DNA of 60,116 nt, counting the filler. It is 4 parts of 4 records of this genome, joined end to end, with 100 filler letters (N's around TTAATTAATTAA, not from the genome) between each part and the next. Parts side by side here need not be neighbours in the genome. Positions count along the whole stretch, not along the records: positions 32,982 to 52,323 come from SRR31156797_13151; 3 more parts are not named here. One strand, 5' to 3'. Under the pieces are notes generated by a model. That model was not told where the DNA came from, ran no database searches, and saw nothing but the letters and a program-made list of their open reading frames with translations. Made by a program: the position numbers and the translations under genes. Positions 37,521-47,665 of the stretch are shown piece after piece. Positions within the stretch are counted from its first letter, which is position 1. The number at the start of each line of letters is the position of its first letter.

Positions 37521-38321
37521 CTAAATATCCAGTTCTTCATGTGCTTTGAGCCAGGCATTAAATCGCTTGTCCCCAACCCTTTCTTTGAGTTCCTCAGGGA
37601 TGGGAAGCTTGCCGATGATGCGCATGGGGTTGCCGCCCACCAGGGTGAAAGGAGGAACGTTTCCGCTGAGATGAGTACCGATCTGGGCGACCACCCCATC
37701 GCCCACAACTGTCCCGGGATAGATTTTCGTTTGAGCAGCAAGAAAGCAGAAGCTTCCGATGGTAACGGGCCTGATGCTCTTTGGGGACGGGCCACCGCCC
37801 CCCGAGGTAAGGCGAGCCATTGTGTCTCTGACGGGATGACCTGAGTTGTCGGATATGAACTTGCAGCCCACCAGGTTCCACTCACCAATGGTGATACTTT
37901 TGGCCACGATGATCCGGCACTCAGGGGCAATATAGTTATTATTCCCCACATCAAGGATTGGGGTTTCGTCTAGGACACCTAGACCGGTAAAGCTGACGTT
38001 GTCGTACATGCTCACATTGTCGCCCAGACGCACACGGATCTTGCCGCCGATGGTAGAGGAACCGTTCCCGGCATACCACATCTTGAAGTTGGAACCAACC
38101 TTCTCGCACATGGATTTAAACATGGGCTCGTAATAAACGATACGCCAGAAATTGTGCCAGATCGACCGACGGTTCAGCCACTCTGCATACAGGAAGCGGT
38201 GGAAAGGACCGATCACAGGGACGGAAAAACCACCCACCCCTTTAAATATTCTGTAAAGGAAATCATCCAGCGGCGTTTCTCTTTTCTTTATTCTTCGCTT
38301 AAATTTAACAAATAGTGCCAT
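37521..38321 (-). CDS. Hexapeptide-repeat acyltransferase with N-terminal extension
   Basis: SITIG, SDNSGHP, PVTIG, VGGNP. Confidence 0.85.
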   Translation of the reverse strand: MALFVKFKRRIKKRETPLDDFLYRIFKGVGGFSVPVIGPFHRFLYAEWLNRRSIWHNFWRIVYYEPMFKSMCEKVGSNFKMWYAGNGSSTIGGKIRVRLGDNVSMYDNVSFTGLGVLDETPILDVGNNNYIAPECRIIVAKSITIGEWNLVGCKFISDNSGHPVRDTMARLTSGGGGPSPKSIRPVTIGSFCFLAAQTKIYPGTVVGDGVVAQIGTHLSGNVPPFTLVGGNPMRIIGKLPIPEELKERVGDKRFNAWLKAHEELDI

Positions 38322-38339
38322 TATATCTCCTGGATTTTG

Positions 38340-39200
38340 CTACTTAGGGGGCTTGTAGCCATGCCTATCCAACGCGTCTCCTGCCACATCCTTAATAGCG
38401 GCAACATCTTCGTGGGACAGCAGTTCATATTCCTTGTAATTCATGTTTCTGATTTTGGATTTCACCCCGTGGACCCGCCACTCGTAATTGGTGATGTCAA
38501 TGTCCGGCAGGTCCACACCCAGAAAGTCCATGATTTTTATCATGGATTCAGTTGTGTTTTCGGCAAAGTCTTCATAATAGAGCGGCAGGTAGTTCCTGAT
38601 GCCCCTGGACTGCTCATGCGCCACCTCATCGGCCACCATCCACTGCCGGGCACACATCTCAATGGGGTATTCATCATATGGAGTGCCCCAGCGCGTCATG
38701 TTTGCATTACACTGAATTCCTTTTGCAACGGCATAGCCGTCGCGGATGATATGGATGAAATAGGCATTGTGGAAATGTTTCTGCAAGTAGTTCATCCGGG
38801 TCATGCTGGTAATTGATTTTTCAACCAAGTACCTGGCATTTTTCGGATACCAGATGGACCAGTGTTTTTTTATGCGCTGCGCTTCCTTGAATCCGGCACC
38901 CTCCATGGAAATCCTGTCAAGGCATTCACAGAACATGCGCGGCCAGCCGTAGGTCTCTGGATAGGGTAGCACATCGGTGAGGAATTGTCCTTCATTGGGC
39001 AGCCCCCCGAATCCGGGCAGTTCACCTAAAATTTTGGCAAGAATCGTTGTACCGGAATCATAGCATCCGGCAACAAAAATCCATTTTTCAGGTTGCAGAT
39101 CCCTGCCAAACGGAAGCAGCATCTGCTGCACAGGTTTTTTCATGAGCAGGGCAAGTAAAACATTGACGGCTTTTTTGTTCAGGGTATTTTTTAAAGACAT
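38340..39200 (-). CDS. Sulfotransferase family protein
   Basis: FVAGCYDSGTT (5'-PSB-like), VEKS, IIRDG, YEDF. Confidence 0.85.
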   Translation of the reverse strand: MSLKNTLNKKAVNVLLALLMKKPVQQMLLPFGRDLQPEKWIFVAGCYDSGTTILAKILGELPGFGGLPNEGQFLTDVLPYPETYGWPRMFCECLDRISMEGAGFKEAQRIKKHWSIWYPKNARYLVEKSITSMTRMNYLQKHFHNAYFIHIIRDGYAVAKGIQCNANMTRWGTPYDEYPIEMCARQWMVADEVAHEQSRGIRNYLPLYYEDFAENTTESMIKIMDFLGVDLPDIDITNYEWRVHGVKSKIRNMNYKEYELLSHEDVAAIKDVAGDALDRHGYKPPK

Positions 39201-39235
39201 CGGGAACCTCGTTCAATCTCATTATGTGACAAAAC

Positions 39236-40351
39236 TTATCCGCTTACCTTGTTATATAAGTCTATGATGGAATTTACACGATAATAGGGTTGAAATCGTT
39301 CTTTTACAATGACTTTTCCCATTTTTCCCATATCGCGCATTCTTTCTTTATCCGATACGAACCGGGCCAATCCATCGGCCAGGGCGCTGCTGTCTCCATG
39401 GGGCACCATGTACCCGCTACCACCTTCCTCCACCACTTCCGGAACACCGCCCACACGGGTGGCAAGAACAGGCTTGCCAAACAGCATGGCCTCCAGGGCG
39501 ACATTGGGCATCCCTTCACTCAGGGAAGGGAGTACCAACCCATCTGCGGCAGCGTAGAACCCGGACATATCCTTAAAATATCCGGCAAACTGTATGGTTT
39601 TTTCCAGGCCATGTTCCAGCACTTGTTGTTCCAGCTCTGCCCGGCATGGGCCGTCACCGACAAAAAGGAATTTAACGTTATCCAAGGCATCACGTTCCTT
39701 GGCAACCGCCTCCACCAGTATATCGTGCCCTTTTTCCGGGCTGAGCCGGCCCACGGTGCACAGGAGCAGTTCCTCTTTATCAATACCGAACTTGTTCCGC
39801 ATCTTTGTGGGATCATGATTAAGATTGTACTCGGCCTCATCCACCGCGTTGGGTATTATCGCTACCTTGTGGTCAATCATGGGACCGAGGCGGGTAGCGG
39901 TGTTTTCTGATACGGAGACAATGGTGTCGGCAAAGCGGATAAGTGCGAGGTCCAGCCACCTGTACAGGTGCATCTTGAAATTTTCAGTGGTCCAGCCATG
40001 CACGAATGCCACCCACAGCTTGCCGGTCAGCATCTTCAGTAGCAAACACAACACATGGGACTTATAGCCGTGGGACTGGTAGATATCAAAGTCCCGGGCT
40101 TTAGCAATGGCCCATATCTGCCTGATCATGCTCAGGTCAAAACTGCTTCTTTGGCGGAGCAGCTCCAGTTCCACATCCGTCTTCCTCATTTTTTCGATGA
40201 ATTCGGAATCTGCATTGCCGCTGGCATCAAAGGCGACCACTACAGGGCTGCATTTTTTCAAGCCGCCGCAGCGCAGGAACTGGATCAACCCTTTACCGGG
40301 ACCACCGAGGATTCGGGACGCCATGCATATCAAAATCTTTTTACCTGCCAT
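39236..40351 (-). CDS. Glycosyltransferase family 4
   Basis: HGYKS, GRLSPEKG, PSLSEGMPNVALEAM. Confidence 0.92.
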   Translation of the reverse strand: MAGKKILICMASRILGGPGKGLIQFLRCGGLKKCSPVVVAFDASGNADSEFIEKMRKTDVELELLRQRSSFDLSMIRQIWAIAKARDFDIYQSHGYKSHVLCLLLKMLTGKLWVAFVHGWTTENFKMHLYRWLDLALIRFADTIVSVSENTATRLGPMIDHKVAIIPNAVDEAEYNLNHDPTKMRNKFGIDKEELLLCTVGRLSPEKGHDILVEAVAKERDALDNVKFLFVGDGPCRAELEQQVLEHGLEKTIQFAGYFKDMSGFYAAADGLVLPSLSEGMPNVALEAMLFGKPVLATRVGGVPEVVEEGGSGYMVPHGDSSALADGLARFVSDKERMRDMGKMGKVIVKERFQPYYRVNSIIDLYNKVSG

Positions 40352-40352
40352 A

Positions 40353-41879
40353 TTATACTTCCTGTTTTACCTGTTCCCGGGGGGGGTGAAGGGCCTTGCG
40401 CACCATGACCAGAAAGGTGGCGCAGAACAGCAGGATATTGAGGGTAAAAACCCAGCCGATCTCCAATGAGAATTTGTCAAACCTGGTAAAGATGAAAAAG
40501 TAGACCAGGGTCTGGGGAATCATAAAAATGACCAGTGGCTTGGCGTACACGGTGTACAGGTAGCGCATGACCGGAACCTGCATTTTCCTGAACATCATGA
40601 CGGGGAAAATGATTGCCCTGAAGAACAGCATGGTCGATCCCATGGTCCAGAGAATGCCGGCCATACCGTACCTTGGCACCACAAAGAAGAGTGCCGTAAG
40701 ATTGATGGCAAACTCGATGATCGAAAGGACCACCATGAAGTTCTGGTTGGAGGTGCCGATGACCAGATTACGACTGGGAATATGGGATGCAAACAAGACA
40801 TAGGGAATGACCAGGGCATAAACCACCATTGATGATTCCACCAGCTCCGGCCCGACCCAGAAATAAAGGAAGGACTGGCAATAGACTGCGATCATAAATC
40901 CACCAAAGGCTGCCACGGCAAAACAATATGAGGAGATGGTGATATAGTCGTTGATCATTCGCTTGGGGTCATCCTCATGTTTGCTGAAATACGGGGTCAT
41001 GATGTCAAAGGAACTGCGCATCAGATCGTCGAAGTACTTCAGCAACTGCAGGCCGATGGTATATACGGTGACAGCGGGCAGGCTGATATAAAGCGCGATA
41101 AAATAAGTCTGCATCCTTCTGCCGAACATAATGGACACCGCATGCAGGAACAGGGAAAAACTGTACGATGTCAACTCTTTGAGAATCCGATACTCAAAGC
41201 TCCTTGGATGCAGGGAAAAGATGATCGCCCTCCTGGCAAAGACATAATAGGCGAAGTACTCAAGGAAGATGAACAGCGCATTAGGGATGATGATTCCAAA
41301 GAGGCCATATCCGTTCAGGACCATGTATATAATGACGAGATTCATCAGCACCGATTTGATCATGACGATCAGGGATATGGTATTCCACTTGAGCTGGGCC
41401 CGGAGCACGCCATGAAACACCCGCAGGGGGATCATACTCCCGCAGGCAAATATCAGGAACATGACAGCCGTGACCACGTCATCTGACATTCCTGCCATGT
41501 ATTTCGCCCGGATGTAAGAATAGCCCGAGAGGATCAGAAGCAGGGCAATGACCATTGCCCCGCACAGGATATAAAAGGCAGTGGTGATGCACTTTTCTGT
41601 ACTGTTTTCACCCCAGGCCTTGTATTTTCTTGAAACAAACCGGGCCACACTGGTGGAATAGCCGAAGTCAAATATCATGAAATAGATGAGCAGGGTGTTA
41701 ACCAGGATCCACTTGGCGTATTCGGTGCTGCCCAAGGTACGAACCAGGATGGGCGTTACTACCAGTCCCGTGGCAATGGTCAGGACGTAGGCTGCATTGC
41801 GTGATAAAGAACTGCTCAGGATGTATTTTACGACCGACATGGGAATAATCCTTTTCGTTCCATGGCTTGAATTATCCAT
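40353..41879 (-). CDS. Wzx-type oligosaccharide flippase
   Basis: Many TM helices; TPILVRTLGSTEY, DFGYSTSVARFVS. Confidence 0.88.
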   Translation of the reverse strand: MDNSSHGTKRIIPMSVVKYILSSSLSRNAAYVLTIATGLVVTPILVRTLGSTEYAKWILVNTLLIYFMIFDFGYSTSVARFVSRKYKAWGENSTEKCITTAFYILCGAMVIALLLILSGYSYIRAKYMAGMSDDVVTAVMFLIFACGSMIPLRVFHGVLRAQLKWNTISLIVMIKSVLMNLVIIYMVLNGYGLFGIIIPNALFIFLEYFAYYVFARRAIIFSLHPRSFEYRILKELTSYSFSLFLHAVSIMFGRRMQTYFIALYISLPAVTVYTIGLQLLKYFDDLMRSSFDIMTPYFSKHEDDPKRMINDYITISSYCFAVAAFGGFMIAVYCQSFLYFWVGPELVESSMVVYALVIPYVLFASHIPSRNLVIGTSNQNFMVVLSIIEFAINLTALFFVVPRYGMAGILWTMGSTMLFFRAIIFPVMMFRKMQVPVMRYLYTVYAKPLVIFMIPQTLVYFFIFTRFDKFSLEIGWVFTLNILLFCATFLVMVRKALHPPREQVKQEV

Positions 41880-43000
41880 TCGGAAAACATCTCAGCCTTG
41901 TCAGCCCAGGTCTGGCCCTTCAGTACAGCCTCGACATCGGCTTGCTGCCCCCCATTTAAAGCCTCATCAATGGCAGCAGGAAATTTATCCTTGGTGTCTG
42001 CAGCGCGTATTGCCCCTCCCAGCTTCAACACTTCAGGCAGCGGTGTCGATACCACCGGCACCCCGGACGCAATATATTCCTTCAACTTCAACGGATTAAT
42101 ATTCCTGGAAAGCTCATTGAGGACATAGGGAAGAATGGCCACATCAAACCCTGCCACATAGTGGGGGAGGGATTCATATGAAACAGGTGGCAGGTGGTGA
42201 AAATTGCCATAAGGCTCTAAACGATCAAGGGAGACTTTCGTGTTTCCAATCAAGACAACAGAATAGTCCGGCCTGAAAGTCAAAATTTTTTCAAGCAGGT
42301 CCTGGTCCGTCCTCTCGTCAATAAGGCCGAAGTATCCAATGACCGGTTTTTTAATGGTTTCAAAGGCCTTATCCGGTTTCACTCTGCCTGCTTTCTGGAA
42401 ATGGTTTAAATCCACACCATGTGTGAGAAGGTGGGTTGGACCATTCGCCGCTTTTTTATTTTTGGCCAGCCTGTCAGACACGGCGGCTACAAAATCAACT
42501 TTTCCAAGCAACTCGTTTTCCAGGGTGGAAGCCAATTGCTTTTGGACACCAGGCCATTCACTGAATTCATCCACACAATAATACACATCCAGCACTTCAT
42601 CTAAGTGGCCGATGTAATCCGCTGAATTGGGGAGTGAGGATATTACAATGGGGTCCTTGAATTTCAAGCCGTCAGCAGCTTTTCTGACCCTGGATATGAC
42701 CTGTCGCTTGTTGAAGGTGCGCATGGGGGAAAATTGATTGTACGGTACCATGAACGGAGCGATAATCTCCAGGTTTGAAGGCAGTGACATTGATTCCGTT
42801 TCGCTCCTCTTCATCCATTCCCGGCCCTTTTCAAAAATTCTTTTTATATCGTAAAGTGACAGCGTTGGATTTCTCAGACCGATGGTATTCACCCACAGCA
42901 ACCTGTTGTGGGTCCGGAACACGTTCATTAAATGCTGGCAACTGAATGGATGTCGTCCCCAATCATCCGAAAAAACTATGATATCCCTTCCGGCAATCAT
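41828..43000 (-). CDS. Glycosyltransferase (GT4, TuaH-like)
   Basis: FSDDWGRHPFSCQHL, YYCVDEF, HGVD, NPLKLKEY. Confidence 0.9.
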   Translation of the reverse strand: MIAGRDIIVFSDDWGRHPFSCQHLMNVFRTHNRLLWVNTIGLRNPTLSLYDIKRIFEKGREWMKRSETESMSLPSNLEIIAPFMVPYNQFSPMRTFNKRQVISRVRKAADGLKFKDPIVISSLPNSADYIGHLDEVLDVYYCVDEFSEWPGVQKQLASTLENELLGKVDFVAAVSDRLAKNKKAANGPTHLLTHGVDLNHFQKAGRVKPDKAFETIKKPVIGYFGLIDERTDQDLLEKILTFRPDYSVVLIGNTKVSLDRLEPYGNFHHLPPVSYESLPHYVAGFDVAILPYVLNELSRNINPLKLKEYIASGVPVVSTPLPEVLKLGGAIRAADTKDKFPAAIDEALNGGQQADVEAVLKGQTWADKAEMFSEWIIQAMERKGLFPCRS

Positions 43001-43020
43001 ACCATGAATCCTTACACGGT

Positions 43021-45285
43021 TTAAGGGAGATAGGGGCCTTCAAACACCCCCCCCCCAAAGGTCGTCACGATGATCTTGTCGTGACGGCCGGGTTGAAAAT
43101 TTATCGACTGTATAGTCGCGAACGGGAATGCTTCATATGGCTCCCAGGACCGTCCCCGGTCCCTGCTGTACAGCAGGCCATGGTACGTTGTGCCGACATA
43201 TAGCAGCTTCGGGTCGTCCGGATGAACGGCAAAGCTCATCGTGTGATCCCATGTTTTGCCGCCGGCAGCCTTGCCGATCTGCTTGTCAGTGAGGATGTGG
43301 TCCCAGGACTTTCCACCATCGACGGTCCGGTAAAGCCCACCTGTGAGCCAGCGTCCTGCCGGGGACGTGGCCGTGACGTATATCTCATCTTCATTTTTCG
43401 GGTTAAGCCATATGGATGTGGTGTGCCAATTAAGGTTTGAACCGGATGAAATGTGAATCCAGCTTTCTCCTTTGTCTGTAGATTTCCATACACCGCCTGG
43501 CACCTTATAGACTACGCCTCTTTTGCGCAGGCCCGTAATCAGGCAGTACAAATTACCGCTTTTGGGATGAATCGCCACCCGCAGGACATGCATATTGGGC
43601 AAGACACCCAGGCCGTTGCTTTTTCGGGCCCAGGTCCTGCCGCCGTCATCTGAGCGGTACACACCCGCCCTTTCGGATTCACCAAACAACCCTGCATAAA
43701 GGGTCCGATTATCCCTATGCGATTTTGGGTCCAGAGCAATGGACGTACACACCCGCCCCGGCAGTGCACCTTCTGACTTACGGTCATAGGGTGTTTTCCA
43801 ACTCTTTCCTGCATCCGTGCTTACGACCACGCCGCCCAGGCTTCGTTTGGGCCGGGTAGGGGAAAGCGCCATGTCGTGGGGAATGTCATGCCGCACACTT
43901 GCGGCCGCGTAGATGCGTCCCTCCACATCCGGGTCCAGGGCAATCTGGTAAAACGTGTTCCTCCATGGGCTGCCATGGGCGGCCCAGCTCCAGGTTTTGC
44001 CGTGGTCCGTGGATCGTACAAAACCAATGTCAGAGTATGCAGCATAGTGACGGTTCCGGTCGAAGGGATCAAAATAGTATTCCCAGCAGCTGGTAATCTC
44101 CAGCCCGGTGGATTGATACTCCATGGACGTGATGCCTTTCTCAGGAGGCAGCGTGTTGTTGATTATCGGTTGCCAGCTTTCTCCGCCATCCCGGGTCTCA
44201 TAAATATCGCCCTGGGTGGTCAATATGAGGTGGCCGGCATCAAAGGGATCTATGGCCACGCCCCGATTTGTGATGAAATGGCCCCAGTACAGCTCGGTCT
44301 GGGTCCAGGCCGGTGTAACATTGGCATCAGAAAAAATTTTTTTGCTCCACTTGACATTGAGGCGAAAAACGTTCTTCCAGGATTTGCCGCCATCGGTAGA
44401 ACGGAGCAATTCCCTGTTCCGCTCTCCCCCTGTCTGGGCAGCGTAGACCATCCGGTCCTGTGAATTGTCCATCACGAGATGCTTTTCGCCCTTGTAGGGG
44501 GACTTGACCAGTTCCCAAGAATTTCCGCCATCTATAGACCGAATAATCCCCAGGCCTTTCAGGCTGGCAAAAAGAACATGTCCGGATGAGGATATGCCCC
44601 CGACCATGCTGAGAACAGGGGTATCCTTGCCCGCTCCTCTGACCGTAACACTTTTAGGGGTCCAGGTTTTGCCCCTGTCTTTGCTCATCATTAGTGTGGC
44701 CGGGGCAGCCATCATGTAGATAGTATCCCTTAATACCACGAATTCCGATCCCGAAGAGTCCAGTATCTTTTTATAATTGTTTCCGTAATCTTCGGAGCGC
44801 CAAACGCCTTTTTCTGAGGCAACAAGCAGTACGTTTGTGGAACCGGGTAATGCACAGACCTGCCTGACTTTTTCTTTCTGCCAGGGACGGTCTCCGGCAA
44901 CTTGCCAGGTGGCCCCATTGTCCCGGCTCACCATCATAATCCGGAATCGGGCGATTACGAACACAGCATCCGGGAAATACGCGGCGGGGGGAGAAAACTG
45001 TAGGAAACGGAGATTATTTTTCCAATGTATTAGTTTCCATGTCTCACCACTGTCGGTGGTGCGAAAGGCTGCCCCCATGTCCGTGCCGATGACGGCCAGT
45101 CCTTTATGGTAAGGCGAAAAAGATGGAATATAGGTTCCCCCGGCCCCACCCGGGCCGCGGGATGTGAACACCGGTCCCGGTTGGGAGGCGAAAGCCCTGT
45201 TATCACCATTCAGCGACAGAAGCGCAACCAATATGAAGAGGAACAAGATCAATGCAGTGATTGTATCCCATCTTTTTGTAGTCAT
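43021..45285 (-). CDS. Exported BNR/Asp-box double beta-propeller glycoside hydrolase (GH74-like)
   Basis: Signal peptide; about 13 S/TxDxGxxW repeats; GPGGAG, GTDMG and YSDIG motifs. Confidence 0.8.
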   Translation of the reverse strand: MTTKRWDTITALILFLFILVALLSLNGDNRAFASQPGPVFTSRGPGGAGGTYIPSFSPYHKGLAVIGTDMGAAFRTTDSGETWKLIHWKNNLRFLQFSPPAAYFPDAVFVIARFRIMMVSRDNGATWQVAGDRPWQKEKVRQVCALPGSTNVLLVASEKGVWRSEDYGNNYKKILDSSGSEFVVLRDTIYMMAAPATLMMSKDRGKTWTPKSVTVRGAGKDTPVLSMVGGISSSGHVLFASLKGLGIIRSIDGGNSWELVKSPYKGEKHLVMDNSQDRMVYAAQTGGERNRELLRSTDGGKSWKNVFRLNVKWSKKIFSDANVTPAWTQTELYWGHFITNRGVAIDPFDAGHLILTTQGDIYETRDGGESWQPIINNTLPPEKGITSMEYQSTGLEITSCWEYYFDPFDRNRHYAAYSDIGFVRSTDHGKTWSWAAHGSPWRNTFYQIALDPDVEGRIYAAASVRHDIPHDMALSPTRPKRSLGGVVVSTDAGKSWKTPYDRKSEGALPGRVCTSIALDPKSHRDNRTLYAGLFGESERAGVYRSDDGGRTWARKSNGLGVLPNMHVLRVAIHPKSGNLYCLITGLRKRGVVYKVPGGVWKSTDKGESWIHISSGSNLNWHTTSIWLNPKNEDEIYVTATSPAGRWLTGGLYRTVDGGKSWDHILTDKQIGKAAGGKTWDHTMSFAVHPDDPKLLYVGTTYHGLLYSRDRGRSWEPYEAFPFATIQSINFQPGRHDKIIVTTFGGGVFEGPYLP

Positions 45286-45302
45286 AATTTGCTCCGTATC
45301 TT

Positions 45303-46547
45303 TTAAGACGTTCCTGAATCCCCGACTATAACTGTCTCATTAAACTCCTCATTATCACGGAGTTCATCAATGGTGTTTAAAATAAAAAATACTGCCAACA
45401 GATAAAACATGTTGAAAAAATAGCCTACGGAAAGAAACATGCTGCCGACAAACTGGCCGAAAAAGGAGATGTAAAGCCCCCTGTAGAGCGGATAATGAAT
45501 TCTTAATGTCATGGCCGGGTTATCATTACGCTGTTTGAGGCGTTTGAGAGGGCCAAGGGTCATGAACAGATAGCATACTAGACCGACAATCCCAAGTTCT
45601 GTCCCGATCTGGATAACGGCATTGTGTGCGGTCATATACTGATCGTCTTCAATGCCCTGGGCTACAGAAAACTGGCCAACTCCGACCCCTGTAAGAGGGT
45701 TGCTGCGAAACAATTCCAGTCCGTTCTCCCAGATTGCCAGCCGGCCGGCATCACTGGTAAAATTGTAATCGGATTGTATATCCGTCAGGGTTGACATGCG
45801 TTCCCAAAAGGTGTCGGGAAGGAAAAACATGGCGATGATTCCCAAAAAGATTCCAGCCAGAATAAACTTGAAACTGGTTTTTTCGAACCTTAGAAACATC
45901 AGGATCACGGCTATAAATGACAGCATGGCCCCGCGTGACTGCGTTAATGCGATGGCAATAATCGAAAGCAAGACCGATCCGTACCCAATGATCTTGAGAA
46001 AGTTGTTTTTGATCGTCTGCATGAAATAGTACATGAGTGGCAACAGCGACGTCAGTACATAAGCGATATCATTTGGATCGTAGGAGAATTGGTATATGGA
46101 AATACGGCCTTCGCCGTAGTTTTTTACCAGCATTATTGACAAGAGGGTGAATACTGTCAAGCCGCTGCCGAGCAAAGCCTTCAACCCGGCCTCACCCTTG
46201 GCCAATATGAGCAAAAGACCGAAAAACGCAACCACGTATAGAAATGCAATGGATTTTTGGACGGAACCGGACACCCATACGCTGAACGGTATGGAGATGT
46301 ATACCATGGCAATGAAAAAAACCACGTACTTGAACAATGGAGACAATTGGTGAATTTCCCAGAGGGATTGTTTTCTTTCGGCGGTGATGGCCGCACAAAT
46401 TGAAAAACACACCGTTAAAAACCCGAGCCCCCGAAAAGAAAAGACAGGATGCAGGTTCGCCAGCCTACCGACAAAGACCAGCATTAACATATATATGGCG
46501 AGGCGCGGCATTAAACCGATGCTTGGAATTCTGTTGCCCACTGACAT
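45303..46547 (-). CDS. O-antigen ligase/Wzy-like polymerase
   Basis: DPND, TQSRGA, GRLAIW, PLTGVGVGQF, AHN...ELGIVG. Confidence 0.9.
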   Translation of the reverse strand: MSVGNRIPSIGLMPRLAIYMLMLVFVGRLANLHPVFSFRGLGFLTVCFSICAAITAERKQSLWEIHQLSPLFKYVVFFIAMVYISIPFSVWVSGSVQKSIAFLYVVAFFGLLLILAKGEAGLKALLGSGLTVFTLLSIMLVKNYGEGRISIYQFSYDPNDIAYVLTSLLPLMYYFMQTIKNNFLKIIGYGSVLLSIIAIALTQSRGAMLSFIAVILMFLRFEKTSFKFILAGIFLGIIAMFFLPDTFWERMSTLTDIQSDYNFTSDAGRLAIWENGLELFRSNPLTGVGVGQFSVAQGIEDDQYMTAHNAVIQIGTELGIVGLVCYLFMTLGPLKRLKQRNDNPAMTLRIHYPLYRGLYISFFGQFVGSMFLSVGYFFNMFYLLAVFFILNTIDELRDNEEFNETVIVGDSGTS

Positions 46548-47665
46548 TACGACTGCCTCGGTTTCCAGGAGATGTACTTTTCGCCCTTGAGATACTGGAC
46601 AAATCCGATAACGGCGCTTAAGTGGAGCAGAAGGAAGCTGAACGGTAATTGTTTGATGCCGCTGTTGGCCTCACGATAGACATAGGCTGCCGTGTAAAAC
46701 AATATTTGTACGATCAGTGTCAGGGCGTAGAAGCCACCTTTGGCCAGGATGAATATGTTTGCCAGCAAGAGCAGGGTCATGAGCGGCAGGGTAAGCCAGC
46801 GCAATATCTTGTGAGAGAAGAGCTGCCACAGGAAACCCCAGCAGCCTTTTTCAACCAGCTTGGGCAGCTGGGAAAAGACAATGATCCAGGACTGGGTCAT
46901 GATCCGGGTCTGTCGTTTGAGTTCGCCGGGGCCGACCTCATCCATGGGTTCCCGGCAGATGGCGGCACCTTCCTGAACAGCCAAGCTTTCAGCCATGACG
47001 GCCTGGACAGGATGCAGGAAATCGTTGATGTGCTCGGGCACCATCTCCCGGTAGAGGGTTCGGCGCATGGCATAGATGGCGCCGTCTGCACCCACGATGC
47101 CCCAGAGCGAGGACTCCATCATCTTTATCCAGTCCTCATAGCGGCGATAAGCCCCGCTGCCGGACTCTCCATTTTCGATAATATATTCGGAGTGGCCGGA
47201 CACCAGCCCGATATACGGGTCAGCAAACCGCCGGGCCAGCTTTATGACAGCGTCAGTGTCAAACATGGAATTGGCGTCAGTGAAAACCAGAATGTCGCTG
47301 GGGGTTTCATGCGCTGCCCGATTGAGGGCCGCAGTTTTGCCCTGATTGGTTTCCTGCACCAGCAGGCGAATGCGGTCATTGGCAAACTGGTCCACGATTT
47401 CCTCGGTCCGGTCAGTGCTCCCGTCGGAAACGATGAGAAAATCCAGGCGGTCTTCAGGATATTCAAGCGCCAAAAAATTCTTGATTTTATCTTCAATGAC
47501 GGACGCTTCATTAAAGGCCGACAGGATAATGGTTACAGTGGGCAATTCTGTCTCTGGCGGGATTTGTTGATGCGGCCCAAGCTTGGTCAGCATCTTGAGG
47601 ACCAGCGGATAGCCGATGAAAGCATACAAGAGCAGGATCAGGGAACACCAGAACAACGCTTCCAT
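46547..47665 (-). CDS. Glycosyltransferase family 2
   Basis: SAFNE, SDGSTD, GKTAALN, FTDAN, HKILRW, C-terminal TMs. Confidence 0.92.
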   Translation of the reverse strand: MEALFWCSLILLLYAFIGYPLVLKMLTKLGPHQQIPPETELPTVTIILSAFNEASVIEDKIKNFLALEYPEDRLDFLIVSDGSTDRTEEIVDQFANDRIRLLVQETNQGKTAALNRAAHETPSDILVFTDANSMFDTDAVIKLARRFADPYIGLVSGHSEYIIENGESGSGAYRRYEDWIKMMESSLWGIVGADGAIYAMRRTLYREMVPEHINDFLHPVQAVMAESLAVQEGAAICREPMDEVGPGELKRQTRIMTQSWIIVFSQLPKLVEKGCWGFLWQLFSHKILRWLTLPLMTLLLLANIFILAKGGFYALTLIVQILFYTAAYVYREANSGIKQLPFSFLLLHLSAVIGFVQYLKGEKYISWKPRQS

